Assembly: GCF_000002075.1 (NCBI RefSeq)
Contig: NW_004797296.1
Coordinates: 1,327,417 to 1,391,416 of the forward strand
Length of the DNA: 64,000 nt
DNA from: Aplysia californica
Taxonomy: Eukaryota
Direction: 5' to 3'
How positions within the stretch are numbered: position 1 is the first letter of the stretch; every line of letters starts with the position of its first letter. The notes under the pieces are model-generated. The model had not been told where the DNA came from, ran no database searches, and saw nothing but the letters and a program-made list of their open reading frames with translations. A program made the translations under genes and the position numbers. Below are positions 50,771 to 63,469 of this stretch, in pieces.

Positions 50771-53700
50771 CATTTCAAGTATCTCTATCAGTCTACTAGG
50801 GTGTTGTATACCACTCTGACCAAACCAGACTGGCTCTGAAAGGCAGACTTTAAGCAGCTCACCTCCTAAATGACCAAAATTGTGTAGCAGAGGGTGTAAA
50901 ACAATTACAATGACAGTTACACGAATCTTGTGTATGTCTTTAGCGCACTCAATGAGTTGTACGAGACTAAAATTCTATTTAGGGTGACAGCGAAAGATAA
51001 AAAAAAGAGAGAGAGAGAGAGAGGAGTCAAACTTCAAAGTCAAAGGAATGGAACCTACTCGGTGGAACCCTCTAACCATCCCCAATGACCACTAGTGATG
51101 TCACGCCTTTGAAAAATAAATACCCATACAGAGATACACTGATGAACAAATGTTTAAAATCACTGACTTTACCTCAATACACACGTAAGACACATTTCAG
51201 ACAAAAAGGAATAACAAACAAAAATAAATTTCCAATTTCTTTTCAGCACAATTGACTAAATATCTTCATTACTAAGGAAAAACACACAAGTGAATTTTTC
51301 AACACAAAAGAGTTCTTATTCTACAACGATCTCAACATTTCAAGCTCAAAATTATGAAGAATCGTAACACAAAATGAAAATAAATCAACTAATATAAACC
51401 ATTGAAAATACCGAAACTTACATCATACATGAAACCCACAAAGAAAAATATAACTGGGGTCACCTCAACACTACGAACAATAAACTTTCTATCCTAGTCC
51501 ACATAAAAAATTGGATCATCTTACAAAAACTAAGTTCATGTCGTAATTGCAAACATGTGAGTTGACATAAAATAAAAGAATATCAATGAGGTTGACCAAT
51601 CGTAAATGTATTATGTCCCCATCATCACAATATAGATTATTAAGGAGGCAGGCAGCTTTGACTGTGCCTGTAAGGGTCAACTCCTGAGTAGGGGGAACGC
51701 AGAATCAAAGCAGACGGACGGAGCTACAGTGTATAGCATTAAATAACTTTCCCTTGTGAGAATTGAACTTACATCTTCTGCATGCAATGACAAAGCGTCT
51801 AAAGATACACAACAGACACCAGTCATCTTTTGGGTCCCTTTCCAAATTAAACACTCCTTTTAAGTTAATGAGTAACTTTGAAATTTGTTAGACTCCAAAG
51901 CTGGAAAAAGATTCTGAAGTGTCTATTGCCATGACAACCTGAGCAGGATGTACTCTACTTGTAGCATTATTATTAATACTATTAGATCTATTTGTATCCA
52001 TTTAACCAAATTTGTTGAAAACTATAAAAAAAAACTGAAGAAGACCCAAAAATTTTTCTTTAATTCGCTAAAATTCTGTGATGTCATTTCTTTGTTCAGG
52101 AACATAGTGAAATATACATAAAATGCAAACTTATCAACATAATATCAAGTATGAGAAAGTATAATTATGGCACAAAAACAACTCAGTGTGAGTAGAGGAC
52201 AAGTTGAAGTTAAACACAGACTTATTACAAGTAATATGTAATATGATGACAAAGTCAGCAGTTTCAAAAACTTTCTCCCTAATTTATTTCCCTAATCGTA
52301 AAAATAATCTTCTTATATCAGTATCGTTTTAGCAAAGCACATGGACTATAGACATAGATAGGATAGACAGTGGGAAACAATAGTGGGACAGAAAAAAAGT
52401 GGGTCCAACCAGAGACACTCTCCAACCATCAGCAGTCATCTTCCCAAAATTTGGAGAAAATGCAGCCAGGGATGAAATGTTCAGGGAAGGAAAAATGTCA
52501 CAGCCAATTTATTACCCAGGATGTAATATTATGAGTCTTGACATGACAGACACTAAAAACAACCAAAGTGTTGAAATTGTTGGTATAAGTTTCCTGAATG
52601 CTGATTCTCCAGTAGAAAACCATGTCATATAAGAGTGTTGGCATCAAAATGTGAGGTGCATTCAGTGAGCCTTTACAAGCAATTACATTTATTCAGCACA
52701 CAAGGCAGAGTCAATAGGAAACAATTTGACTACACAGGTGTGTTGTCAGACTACAAGATGCAAATTTGTTTCCATTTAAATTTTTGTTCAGTGCAATTTC
52801 CTTTTCAAAATTCTAAACTATTGAAAATTTCATACAAGCAAAGAAAATCTGGGCTAATACTGTTTAATTTAAAAGTTTCCTGCATGAAAATTGTGCATAG
52901 GCCTATATGAGAAAAAAAACATTGAGTGGAAGTCCTGCTATAAAAAAAGAAGAAGGAGCAAAATTATTTACTGTATCAAAAGGCACTTGGTATACATCAT
53001 AGGCTTACTCACGCATGAATGAATGTCTGCAGACCTCAGAAACATTTTGATTTCAATAGACTTGAAATAATCTAGATCAGTCAAAACAATTACATTACAT
53101 ACTGAAATCAAACAAATATCATACAGCATTGTCGTTTGAGAGTGAATATATCTCCTCTTCTAAAAATCGAGCAGGTAAGAAATAGACGTATTTACACGCA
53201 TGCTAATAATTTGTATTGGATTTCAGATTTCTATAACAGTACCTGAAACAGTTCTTTCTTCACCTCATGTTGTGGCTAACATAAAAGAAAAAAGCAGTGA
53301 CCACGGTGCCCTTGACAATTAAGTTGGAAGAATTACCCTAATAACATAAGGCATCCTTATCTTCATGAGATTCTTCAGTCATAAATCTTATAAAATACCT
53401 TAAAAAATTCAACATACATGTGAATAAATGAGTGGAAAAAAAAATCAAGAAGAGTGCTGCCTGCCAATGAACCGTATGTTGTGGGTATACGACATGATAA
53501 ATTATGGCATGTCTTAAAGTAGTCACTCGCATTCTCTTTCACTCTGAACAATTTTGAGTAAAGACAAGCACACCAACACTACAATGGCATCTTAGGGTAA
53601 GATAAAAAGACAGAAAAAAGAGAGGGAAGGAAAAGAACAGAGGCAGCCTCCAACCACCCATGATGTGAAGCGGTAAAATTCCAGAGGCAAATCTTTGAAA

Positions 53701-55772
53701 TAAAAAAGCAAAGACATCTAAACCTATTAGAAAATAAATAATTTTTTCCTGCTGCATTCACATTGTCTCTATATTTAATTTCTTTGGGAGTGAGTGATTT
53801 TGTTAAAATAAAAAGTACAAGTGCAATCTATTCAGATTCAGAGGCATAAATTACTATTTATATATATATACAAATATATACAATTATTATACATTATTAA
53901 AAATAATACAGATGCACATGATTGCAGAAATATATAGTGATTGAATTAATAAAAGAAAAACAAAAAAGGAATGAGAGGGTACTGGATGTGCTATACAACG
54001 TACAAAACAAAACATGTACTTTACTGGAAAAAAACCCAAAACGAAAGCAGAAACACATAAAAAAAAAAAAAAGACCAAAAAAAATGGTCACTGGAAAAAA
54101 AAAATCATAGCTAAAGAATTGTTAAAAATTTGTGTTTCAATGTTTTATGCTCCTCTTGGTACAATTTAGATAACTTAAGAAACAGGCTGCTTCCACCCCA
54201 TCTGTCAGCGCCAGCCTGGGATTTGAGGGATACAGGATCCCAGCAGACAGACAGAGATACCCATGAAAAAAAACTCCCCCTTACAAAATCAAACTCACAT
54301 CTCTTGTGTGCAACGGCGAAGAACCTAACCATTATACCATCAGACAACGGTACTCCGAAACTACAAAACAGGAAAATCATTACAAGACTGACTTGGAGAA
54401 AAACAAGTAAATTCACATCATACCACAGTCAACACTTAATTAACACCATTGATTTAAATTTAAAGCAATGGGTTAACAAAAATGTCAATGCCTTATAAAA
54501 TACCAGCAAACACAATCTCGCGGCAATTAATGAGATAAAAACGAAATCAAATCCTTTTAACTTCATTTACAAAGCTACAAATCCTGAGACTACTTTGAAC
54601 AACAAGTCAACAACATTAGCACGGCTGGCAAGAGCAAAACTGGTAGCTCAAAATTTAATAAGAACATAAAAAAAAGTAACATTTATGCAAGCAAAATTTC
54701 CAGCATTTTTTGTTCTTTCTGAGACTGTTTACTTTGTCATTAATAATCTAATAGTATATTCTGACTATAACAGTTCAATATACAATACATTCTCAATTTT
54801 TCCTACTTAAAAAAACAACAACACAACAACAACTAGATTACACACAAGCAAGCATGTGAAAGGCTGCCACATTTAATCACAATGTCAGCAAATTTTATAA
54901 ATTATCAACACCAAAAAGAAATATAGGTTGAACAATCTCAGGCTCAAAATCTGTCACAGGCATCGATTGCTGAAGACTCAGATCAGAGCTTCCGCTCAAC
55001 CATCTTTGGGAATCTCCATAGATTCTTTCTTGCTCAGTAACACCGGGGAAAATTACATGTACATACTTCTGTAGCACCAGCTTGTTTTTGCAAGTTTCTG
55101 AGGTTCCAGAGATTGAATAATAAATAGACAGTAAAATTAAATAAATACTCCACGAAAACTTTTTGACGTTCAAAAGAAATAAATGTAAAACATTGGAATG
55201 GACTCTTATATCCCCAATGACTTTGCAGCATTCAACATATGTGTACTACATAACCGTTTTCAATTGTTAAAAGAGAGGAAGGCTAAGAGAAAGGTTTGGA
55301 GTTGTTCTGAAGCAAACAATGAAACACTTAACTCTGTCATCAGACACTTTAAGTTCCAGAACAATACCAAAAAAAAACACGCAGGAAGGCTAAAATGGCT
55401 GTGAAAAATCAAAATATTGATGAAGTGAAAATGACACACATATAAAACAAATATAGCACTCAGTTCTTCAACACACATTCAAAATTCAAGACATAAAAAA
55501 ATAAAATTGAGGCAAGAAGTCTGAGATCAGTAGAGTAATCTACAACAACTACTGTGCATACAATTTTTCTCATAAATAAAGAAATATTTATTGCCTAGAG
55601 AACTAGAATTCATTTTGAGTATTTCAAACTAGAATTTACACAAGTACTGACAACAAAGTCAAGAGTAAAAAAAAACCAAGTAGGCCAATATATATTTGCT
55701 GTTGGACATACACACTGACTTCCTCTATCCAAATATATCCAAAGAAACCACCATACATGAACGTACCATTTA

Positions 55773-56612
55773 CAGTAGTCTCCGCCTAAATGCATGGTGC
55801 TCGGGAGGGCTACTTAGCGTGTGTTTATACGGAGCATGCGTTTACATGAACCTCAGCACAGGGAGGAAGGGACGCAGTCATCTCATTGCTTTGATATTCT
55901 AGTATTTCTTGTGACCTCCCTTACACATGACGGTTTTGTAAAAGATTCCCCAACTGCGGTTAAGACTGCAAAGGCGTTGAATGGGTGTGTGTGTGTGGGG
56001 GTGGGGGGGCGGCGTGGCGCAGACTTGATGTAATGAATGAACCATAAAAAGTCGGGAACCAATAGCCTGAAAAGATTGTTGGTGGATAGTCATAGAGACG
56101 ATAGCCCAGCCACGTGGCTTTCCAAGCGACCACCCCCGACCGTAAATTCATGAACGAGCATTCACGCGTGTTGCGCATCATAGGCTTAGGTCTAACTAAA
56201 CATTAGCCAACACGCAGTCACTCAAACACCAGTCAGAAACCTTCTCTAAAAAGAGATGCATTTCCAGTGACCAATCAAATAACGTTTCAGTCCCCCAACC
56301 ACCCAACAATTCACCGACCAGTCCTAGACCTTTGTCTGTGGAAAGTTAGGTGTGAAAACGCTGTCCATCACTCTCTTTGTTCGGCGTAAGGGGCAATCTC
56401 GCCAAATGTCCGATTTTCTAGGCTTGTAGTGAAAATTTCCCTTAGTCAAGCTTTACATGTCAGCGTGTTTCGCAGATCGGAGCGTGCGTTTAGAGTGAGT
56501 GACCGTGCATTTGTACGTCTAAATTATATAGTAAAAAAAACGTCAAATGACAAAAGCATGCGTTTGAGCGGAACGTGCTTTTGTATGGCGTGCGTTTAGG
56601 CAGAGACTACTG
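55773..56612. mobile_element. Tc1/mariner (pogo/Tigger-like) MITE
   Basis: TA-CAGTAGTCTCCGCCTAAATGCA...TGCGTTTAGGCAGAGACTACTG-TA: ~22-bp TIRs with a TA duplication. Confidence 0.85.
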
Positions 56613-58609
56613 TACCATTAGTTTCAGGGTTTTAAGGAGCACCTATTTCATCAAAGTCAGACCCCCCCCCCGCCCAAATCTTTTAACCCAGTAGCACTTT
56701 TTCTCATTTTCCAAACTCCTATTTTTCCCCTACAAAGGTGTTTTGTCTAACAACCCTCACTGAAAGGCTACATGTCTATAATTTAAAAAGAAATTAATTC
56801 ATTAAAATATAAAAGCATGTCGAACAACCTGAAACTGTTACTGTAACTGTAAGCCTCTCCACTGCGTGTAACATTCCATTGATAATTATCTACGAATGAA
56901 CTGAAACATGTTTCAATATGAACTCATCAACTAGAAATTGAATTAAATTGTACAATGAAATCTTCGAGATATGACATTTGAAGTAAGAAAATAATTGTTC
57001 AATAACATTTTTCTCTCAAAAGAAAAAAATAACAATATCAAACCGTTCCAGGTTACCCTGACTTGGAGGGACCCTTTACTTTTGACATGAAATATCCAGG
57101 TAGTTCATCTCCTCTTGATAAATTGAACATTTATGATTTGAACTCTCCACGGTATGAAGTAAAAAAAAAAAGAAGGAAATTGTCAGCGAAACGTTGTGAA
57201 TATTAGGCTAGAAGAGAAAATAAGTACCAGTAGGTGGATTGGAAGGATGCAGTAAATTTGCAAGGAACAGGCAATGAAGATAGAGACTTGTTTTGGAAAG
57301 GGGAAAGAAAGACTTTAAACTTTAAATAGTGTAAACAAAAAAGGTCAATTAAAAAAAATCAAAAAATCAGGAAGTAGTAATTGACCTTGCAACTATTGCA
57401 AGGGTAGGTAATATGTCCCAATAATTAAGGATTAAGGCCTGCAGACATGGTGACATTGGTGAGGCGAGCTGACAAAATGATTTACTTCTTAGATTTTAGC
57501 CCTATGGACATAGATACATTAAATAGATAGGTTGAGTTTGTTTAATTAGTATGAAATGAATTTAAAAAACATGTTTTTATTCAAAGTTGAAACTCTCTCT
57601 CTCTCTAAATTTGACTGGCCCATCGATTTTCGGTCAATATCTCCATTTCGCTGATTGCATGTTCATGTCACACTTGCATCATTCAAGGAGGCAGAATATT
57701 CCTACAGTTTATGAATTTACTTGTAGTAACCCCTTTGCAGGAGAGACAGATACAAAATGACAATACATCAGTCTCTCACTCTCCACCTGTTGTTACTGTT
57801 ACACAGCTGTTCAGTTGCAAAACAATATCTTGTTTTATATAATTAGAGAACAGTATTTCATATGAACTACCTCATTGAAGCTACAAAAACATAGGTCAAC
57901 TATTATTATTAATATTGTACAGTTGATTCCACACAGACGGAAATCTTCTGACTAAAGGATTTTGTTCACTTTACTCGGAATTTTCGTTTAGAGAGGCTTG
58001 CTTAAATAGTGATGATTGTCGATAGCATAGATTTGAAGTATGACTTGACCATGGCGATTAGAGTTACTTGAGAGTTGCTAGTGAAGATTTATATTAAATA
58101 ACCCTCAACACCCTTGTCAGTTCAGAAACAGTAGCATTTCAGCTAATCAACAGATTTATTCCAAAGAAAAAAGAAATCCCCCCCCCAAAAAAAAACAACA
58201 ACCAACAACCAGGGATCTTATTTTTTACCTGTTTACCACTGTCTTTAGGTTAATCGTGTTCAATTTAAGCAGACGCCACTGTATAATCAATCTTATGATA
58301 TAAACTACTGAACGACATTGGTGTAATATCTGTCACCTTGAGGGTCTGTTGAGAAATTGAGACAAGCTATGGGAGCAAGTTTGCTTGGGATTCAGAAGTA
58401 CCCTTCATGTATGTAGTGGAGAGCTTAAACCAAACATAAAGTATAAATGTGTGCATTGAGTAAAACATAACAAAAAGAGAGACACAAGGTCGGTTGTGAA
58501 AATTTAAAAGAGGGCAAAAAGGGTCCACACAGGATTTAAAGCAAGAGTGGTAATCTGAGCAAACTTATAGATTAACCCATCCCGGAATTGGCTTTCTAAC
58601 TACGAAGCA

Positions 58610-58950
58610 TATACAGACCCGGTAACCGGGAACAAAGTCACGAAGTATACAGACCCGGAGGGGAACTCTTTTGTGATTTCGGAAAGTTTCAGCNNNNNNN
58701 NNNNNNNNNNNNNNNNNNNNNNNNNNNNNNNNNNNNNNNNNNNNNNNNNNNNNNNNNNNNNNNNNNNNNNNNNNNNNNNNNNNNNNNNNNNNNNNNNNNN
58801 NNNNNNNNNNNNNNNNNNNNNNNNNNNNNNNNNNNNNNATGCCCCAGTTGGCAGGAGGGAACGAGAGAAAGATAAGAGTGGAAAAATAGGTGGGGAGAAA
58901 GAAAGACAGAGACAAACAAAGAAAAAGAGAATGCGAGTGATACACAGAGA

Positions 58951-59030
<80 letters not shown>

Positions 59031-59352
59031 AGAGAGGGTGACAGCTCGATTGTAATTATGAAATCGTTCTTTTCTTCAAATTGTGATTCCCCCAACTCCA
59101 AAACGGAGGAAAAAACGATCGTTCTCGTCATCGAAAAGACATCCCCGCAATCTTCATTTAGATCTAGATCTAGGCTAGCCTCGAAACTAGATCAATGATT
59201 TATGTCTGTCTGTCTAGATCTAGACCTAGGCCATAGATCTAAAAGAACGTAGGTCTACCCTGAGCCAAGAAGATCTTTCCGAAATCACAAAGGAGTTCCT
59301 ATACCGGTTCTGTATACTTTGTGATTTAGTTCCCGGTTACTGGGTCTGTATA
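58610..59352. mobile_element. MITE-like element with ~77-bp inverted repeats just 3' of the GPAT1 stop
   Basis: 58610-58686 is a near reverse complement of 59275-59352 (TATACAGACCC.GTAACCGGGAAC...TGTGATTTCGGAAAG). The interior holds an N-gap, (GA)n and TAGATCTAG repeats. Confidence 0.8.
58955..59027. repeat. (GA)n microsatellite
   Basis: Visible directly. Confidence 0.9.
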
Positions 59353-59363
59353 CACACTCCCTT

Positions 59364-61820
59364 TTAACTAAGAGCAGCCTGCAAGAGTGAAACATGATGC
59401 TCAAGTCTCGGTCTGGCATCCATTTCCTCACTGAGGCCAAGGATTGTAAGGTTGGCACCTCGGTATGAGTATATTATGTCCATGTCTTGCAGCGCTTTCA
59501 CCGCAGACCTGAGAGTGATCATGGCACAACTCTCCGAAAACACTGCCAGCCCATCAGAGACTCTCTCCCTTGCAAACTCTCCCAGTGCCTTCACAAATAC
59601 TTCCTCTTCTTGCTCTTGGATCAGACTGTCCAGAGCAAACTTCCCCACCAGCATGTACGACTCCAGGAGAGGAGCAATGACAGAGAATAAAAAGTGGAGA
59701 CGTTCCCGAACATCTGATCGAGCCATGTTGAGGAGTAGCGGTTGCTCTGAACAGTACTCTCCCTCGTCTTCGTCTTCGTCAGGATCAAGAGATTGAGCCA
59801 GCCTTTCTGCCCACCTCCTGTCCTTCCCCTCAAACATCATCTCATCGCCTTGGCTATCTTCTATGTACAAAACTTCTTTTGAGATCATGTTTTCCAATGT
59901 CTCCATGAGAACCGAGCTAATGTAGCCACATGGTGGAACAAATATGTATTCACTGTGGAGAATATTGCAGATTTCCTCTGCCGTTTCCAGCACCTTGTCT
60001 CTGGACACTTTGACTTGCTCCATGGTATTCGCACTTTGGAGATGATAAAAAGAAAGGCCACTTTCATACAGCACGGCAGTGGCCACGACACTTTCCAGAG
60101 CAAAATGTGTGGAGACCAAGTTACCATAATAACTCAGTTCAAACACATTTGGCAGCAGGAGGTTGGGGACCAGCTTAATGTCATTGTTCTCTGCATGCCA
60201 TGCTGTGGAGATGAGATCGCTTCCCAACAGCTTCTGAGCATGCAAAATAGCATCTTCAGGTCGACCGCAAAACCCAACATCTATACGAATCCCTTGCAGT
60301 TCACGAACTATCCAGTGAACAGCTTGCACGAGTTCTTTCATGTAGGCACCATGGCGGTATTTGGTGAGCAGCAGAAACGCAGTCAGGTGTGTAGACATTG
60401 GTGGTGTACAGCGGTCATTTGAGTACACAACATGATCAGCAAGGGCTTTAACAGACATCCGAACACTTTCTTCCCCATTTGTAGGCATCAAGGCTTGAGA
60501 AAAGTTTGGATATGAAACTCTATGATTCAAGGGCACTTTTCTTGAACTTTCTGCTGTCAAAGGGTTATATGGGTGGTCTTTTGAATGCTGTAGGAATTCC
60601 CGAAGAGAAAACGGCTGAGAAAAGTCAACTCTGACATTACCATAATTGTTAAAGAAGACGTGGAATATCGCCTTCATGGCTCCCCAGAAAGATTCCTTTA
60701 TTTTTGGGATACCCATTTGCTCCCTGTTGTAATTTCCATCGATGATTTTTTCATAACTGAATGTCACAGGAACAATGTAAGCATCAGATATTTCCCCTTC
60801 ATTGAAAGCATCCACTACAACAGACAAAAGTCCCCCTTTCGGGTTCACAGACCGTCCAGTCCGGGTTCTGCCACCTTCGATGAAAAATTCTAGGTTTTCA
60901 CCCTTGCGAAGCAGAAAGCTCATGTACTCGTTGAGAATAGCTCTATACAGCACATCTTTCTCACCCTTTTTACTGTCCAATCTCCGGCGGATGAAAAATC
61001 CCCCAAGGGCTCTCATCAACAGGTTGAAAAATGGAATATCCATGTTGTCTCCGGCTGCTACATGCGGAGCACGGATGTCATAGTGCCACAGGATCAAAGT
61101 CACTAAAATGTAATCAAGGTGGCTTCTATGTAAAGGCAAATATATCATTGGGATCTCTTTTTCACTTGACTGCCGAATCATCATCATTTGTCCACGGCAC
61201 ACTTGTACACTTTGAACGAAACGAGCGAGAAAGCGGGTCAGAAACCATGCAGTAATGGAAATAAAAACCGGAGAAACAGAAGCTTTCATGGTGTTGATGA
61301 TTTTTACACATCTTTTCCTTATAACTAACAGCTGTTTTGACATGACATCTTCCTCACAATGAACTCCTCTTATCATTTGTTCGGCTGTACATTGAATTGC
61401 ATTGACAACTCGAGGGCTTGTCAGTACAACACTAGAGATATCCGGATAAGTATTAAACAGAGGTCTTTGAAGAGTATATGCCTCTAACGGGAACAACTGG
61501 CTCAAAATACTAGAGCTTGCAATTTCATTCCTTACATCAAACAAGTTTCTCATGCCAAGCTCTTTGAGGCCTGTGTCTTTCAGCTCTCTTTGACTTAGAG
61601 GCATACATCTGCAGCACTGTCCCATTAAGGGGCGATTGGTTGTAAAATGAGATGGAGTATATGAAGGAATCAACTTAAATGCACCAATGGTCTGAATATC
61701 AAAACGATTTTCTGTGTTGCTCTTCACAGTGCGACGTCGGAACAACTTGCGTTGTGTGGGTTCTTTTGAAGATCCCATACCTGCAACACCTCCACCAATG
61801 CTTCTCATTTTGATTGTTTT
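59364..61820 (-). CDS. GPAM: Glycerol-3-phosphate acyltransferase 1 (mitochondrial type), main exon
   Basis: Uninterrupted 814-aa ORF with acyltransferase motifs HRSHLD (I), GGFFIRR (II), FFIEGGRTRTG (III) and IVPV (IV). The N-terminal RPLMGQCCRC...LGMRN resembles GPAT1. There is no PTS1, which argues against GNPAT. Confidence 0.93.
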   Translation of the reverse strand, partial: KTIKMRSIGGGVAGMGSSKEPTQRKLFRRRTVKSNTENRFDIQTIGAFKLIPSYTPSHFTTNRPLMGQCCRCMPLSQRELKDTGLKELGMRNLFDVRNEIASSSILSQLFPLEAYTLQRPLFNTYPDISSVVLTSPRVVNAIQCTAEQMIRGVHCEEDVMSKQLLVIRKRCVKIINTMKASVSPVFISITAWFLTRFLARFVQSVQVCRGQMMMIRQSSEKEIPMIYLPLHRSHLDYILVTLILWHYDIRAPHVAAGDNMDIPFFNLLMRALGGFFIRRRLDSKKGEKDVLYRAILNEYMSFLLRKGENLEFFIEGGRTRTGRSVNPKGGLLSVVVDAFNEGEISDAYIVPVTFSYEKIIDGNYNREQMGIPKIKESFWGAMKAIFHVFFNNYGNVRVDFSQPFSLREFLQHSKDHPYNPLTAESSRKVPLNHRVSYPNFSQALMPTNGEESVRMSVKALADHVVYSNDRCTPPMSTHLTAFLLLTKYRHGAYMKELVQAVHWIVRELQGIRIDVGFCGRPEDAILHAQKLLGSDLISTAWHAENNDIKLVPNLLLPNVFELSYYGNLVSTHFALESVVATAVLYESGLSFYHLQSANTMEQVKVSRDKVLETAEEICNILHSEYIFVPPCGYISSVLMETLENMISKEVLYIEDSQGDEMMFEGKDRRWAERLAQSLDPDEDEDEGEYCSEQPLLLNMARSDVRERLHFLFSVIAPLLESYMLVGKFALDSLIQEQEEEVFVKALGEFARERVSDGLAVFSESCAMITLRSAVKALQDMDIIYSYRGANLTILGLSEEMDARPRLEHHVSLLQAALS

Positions 61821-61980
61821 CTGAAAAAAAGCTTACAGGCCACAGGCCTTTGATTAATATTCAAAAGTCAATGTCTGCCACGAATAGCTTTTAAGTTTGA
61901 AGATCTCACATGAGTAGCCTTATATGATGAATGAATGTCCGCCAAACACTGAACAGTCACACCAGAAGACCCAGCCTTAC

Positions 61981-62013
61981 GCCCAAGCAAGACAACGCAG
62001 CTGATTCTTGCAT
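61981..62013 (-). CDS. GPAM: Probable first coding exon of GPAT1 (MQESAALSCLG)
   Basis: The gtaagg donor at 61980 and ttttttcag acceptor at 61821 splice in frame through KTIK into the long ORF, giving 829 aa. The peptide resembles my recollection of the vertebrate GPAT1 start, MDESALTLG. Confidence 0.6.
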
Positions 62014-62048
62014 CAGTTCGTCGCGATCTTCCACTTTATCTCCGCCAT
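62013..62048 (-). promoter_or_regulatory. uORF (MAEIKWKIATN*) whose stop overlaps the predicted GPAT1 ATG
   Basis: accATGG strong Kozak context; its TGA shares the A with the next ATG (TGATG). Confidence 0.5.
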
Positions 62049-62816
62049 GGTAGACAGTTTCTTGAGAAGGACAAAGAATTCATATTACATTAAAAAACAC
62101 TACATCTAAACTTGAAACGGTATTTTACGTCTGAAATACTTTGCTGTTTGTTGATGTGGTTGGTTTACTGTAGTTTACAGCAACGAAGTAGGCAGCCACA
62201 TCGCCTTTCTTGCAGTCATAGAGGTCATGCTTGTTGTTGCAACTTTCGATTTAAACCGGAAGTCAATGTAAAACAGTAACCTGAAATTGTAGATTTAGGA
62301 ATAAAGGGACAATATTATTTTATACAAAATATAGGTTTTTTACGCTGACTGAATAGTCTGAGATTATGACGACTAGATTTCTACTCGTATCTGCCTCAGA
62401 CTATTACTTTGAACGAAGATTTATTTTTTTTAAGCAAAGAAAAATTGTTGTACAGGATTTGGTAAAGGAGCAAATGATTATCTCACAAGGCTCATTATTA
62501 TTTAACTGGTCTCTTCATCGGGGCTGGGAGAACGAAAGGCCTACAATCAANNNNNNNNNNNNNNNNNNNNNNNNNNNNNNNNNNNNNNNNNNNNNNNNNN
62601 NNNNNNNNNNNNNNNNNNNNNNNNNNNNNNNNNNNNNNNNNNNNNNNNNNNNNNNNNNNNNNNNNNNNNNNNNNNNNNNNNNNNNNNNNNNNNNNNNNNA
62701 AACTCAACAAAAACTACCAAAAAACAAAACAAAACAACCAAACACTCACAAGTAAACAAAATTACAATCACAAACTCGATCAAAGAAACAACACTCACAA
62801 ACACACACTCTTAATA

Positions 62817-62824
<8 letters not shown>

Positions 62825-62874
<50 letters not shown>

Positions 62875-63052
62875 CCCATACACACACACGCGCGTGCGCG
62901 CACACACATATTAATTTATAATGACTAACTAAAAAAACAGACCCCAATAGTCTTTCGGTATTAAGGGCATGCATCTTTGCGCTCCCTGAGAATTACCGGA
63001 AGATCTGTTTAGAAAAGAGCAAAGGAAAGAGAACAAGAATTTTTTTGGAATA

Positions 63053-63108
<56 letters not shown>

Positions 63109-63128
63109 CTCTCTCTCTCTCCCCTCTC
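62825..63128. repeat. (CA)n and (CT)n microsatellites
   Basis: Visible directly at ~62825-62870 and ~63055-63128. Confidence 0.9.
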
Positions 63129-63469
63129 TACTGTCTCCATTGTTTGATTTCCCCCCATAGGGTTAATTTATAAAGATGACGGAGAACGAAAGCTTCGTGG
63201 ATGTGGCAAGTCGTAAATTTAATTTGAGACCAAGAGCAGGGGGTGAAATTATAGGGAGACAAGTTAAGCTATGATTTTTCGATATCGTCGTCAAACTGAT
63301 AACTTATTAGTATTCCCTGAAAGCAAAGTTTTACATAAGAGATTTGGGGGGGGGGGTGTTTAATTGTTTAACGATAATCATGCTACAATATGTATTTTCC
63401 TTGCTTTTTTCAACATTCAGAATTTGAATTTAGACAAACTATTTCTTGACCGCAACCCACTGTTCAAGT

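Noticed and set aside
54895-55173. 92-aa minus-strand ORF in the HGD-GPAT1 interval
   Set aside because: Non-ATG start, no recognised homology, no supporting neighbouring exons.
59452-61255. Plus-strand ORFs overlapping GPAT1
   Set aside because: Antisense shadows of the real coding sequence.
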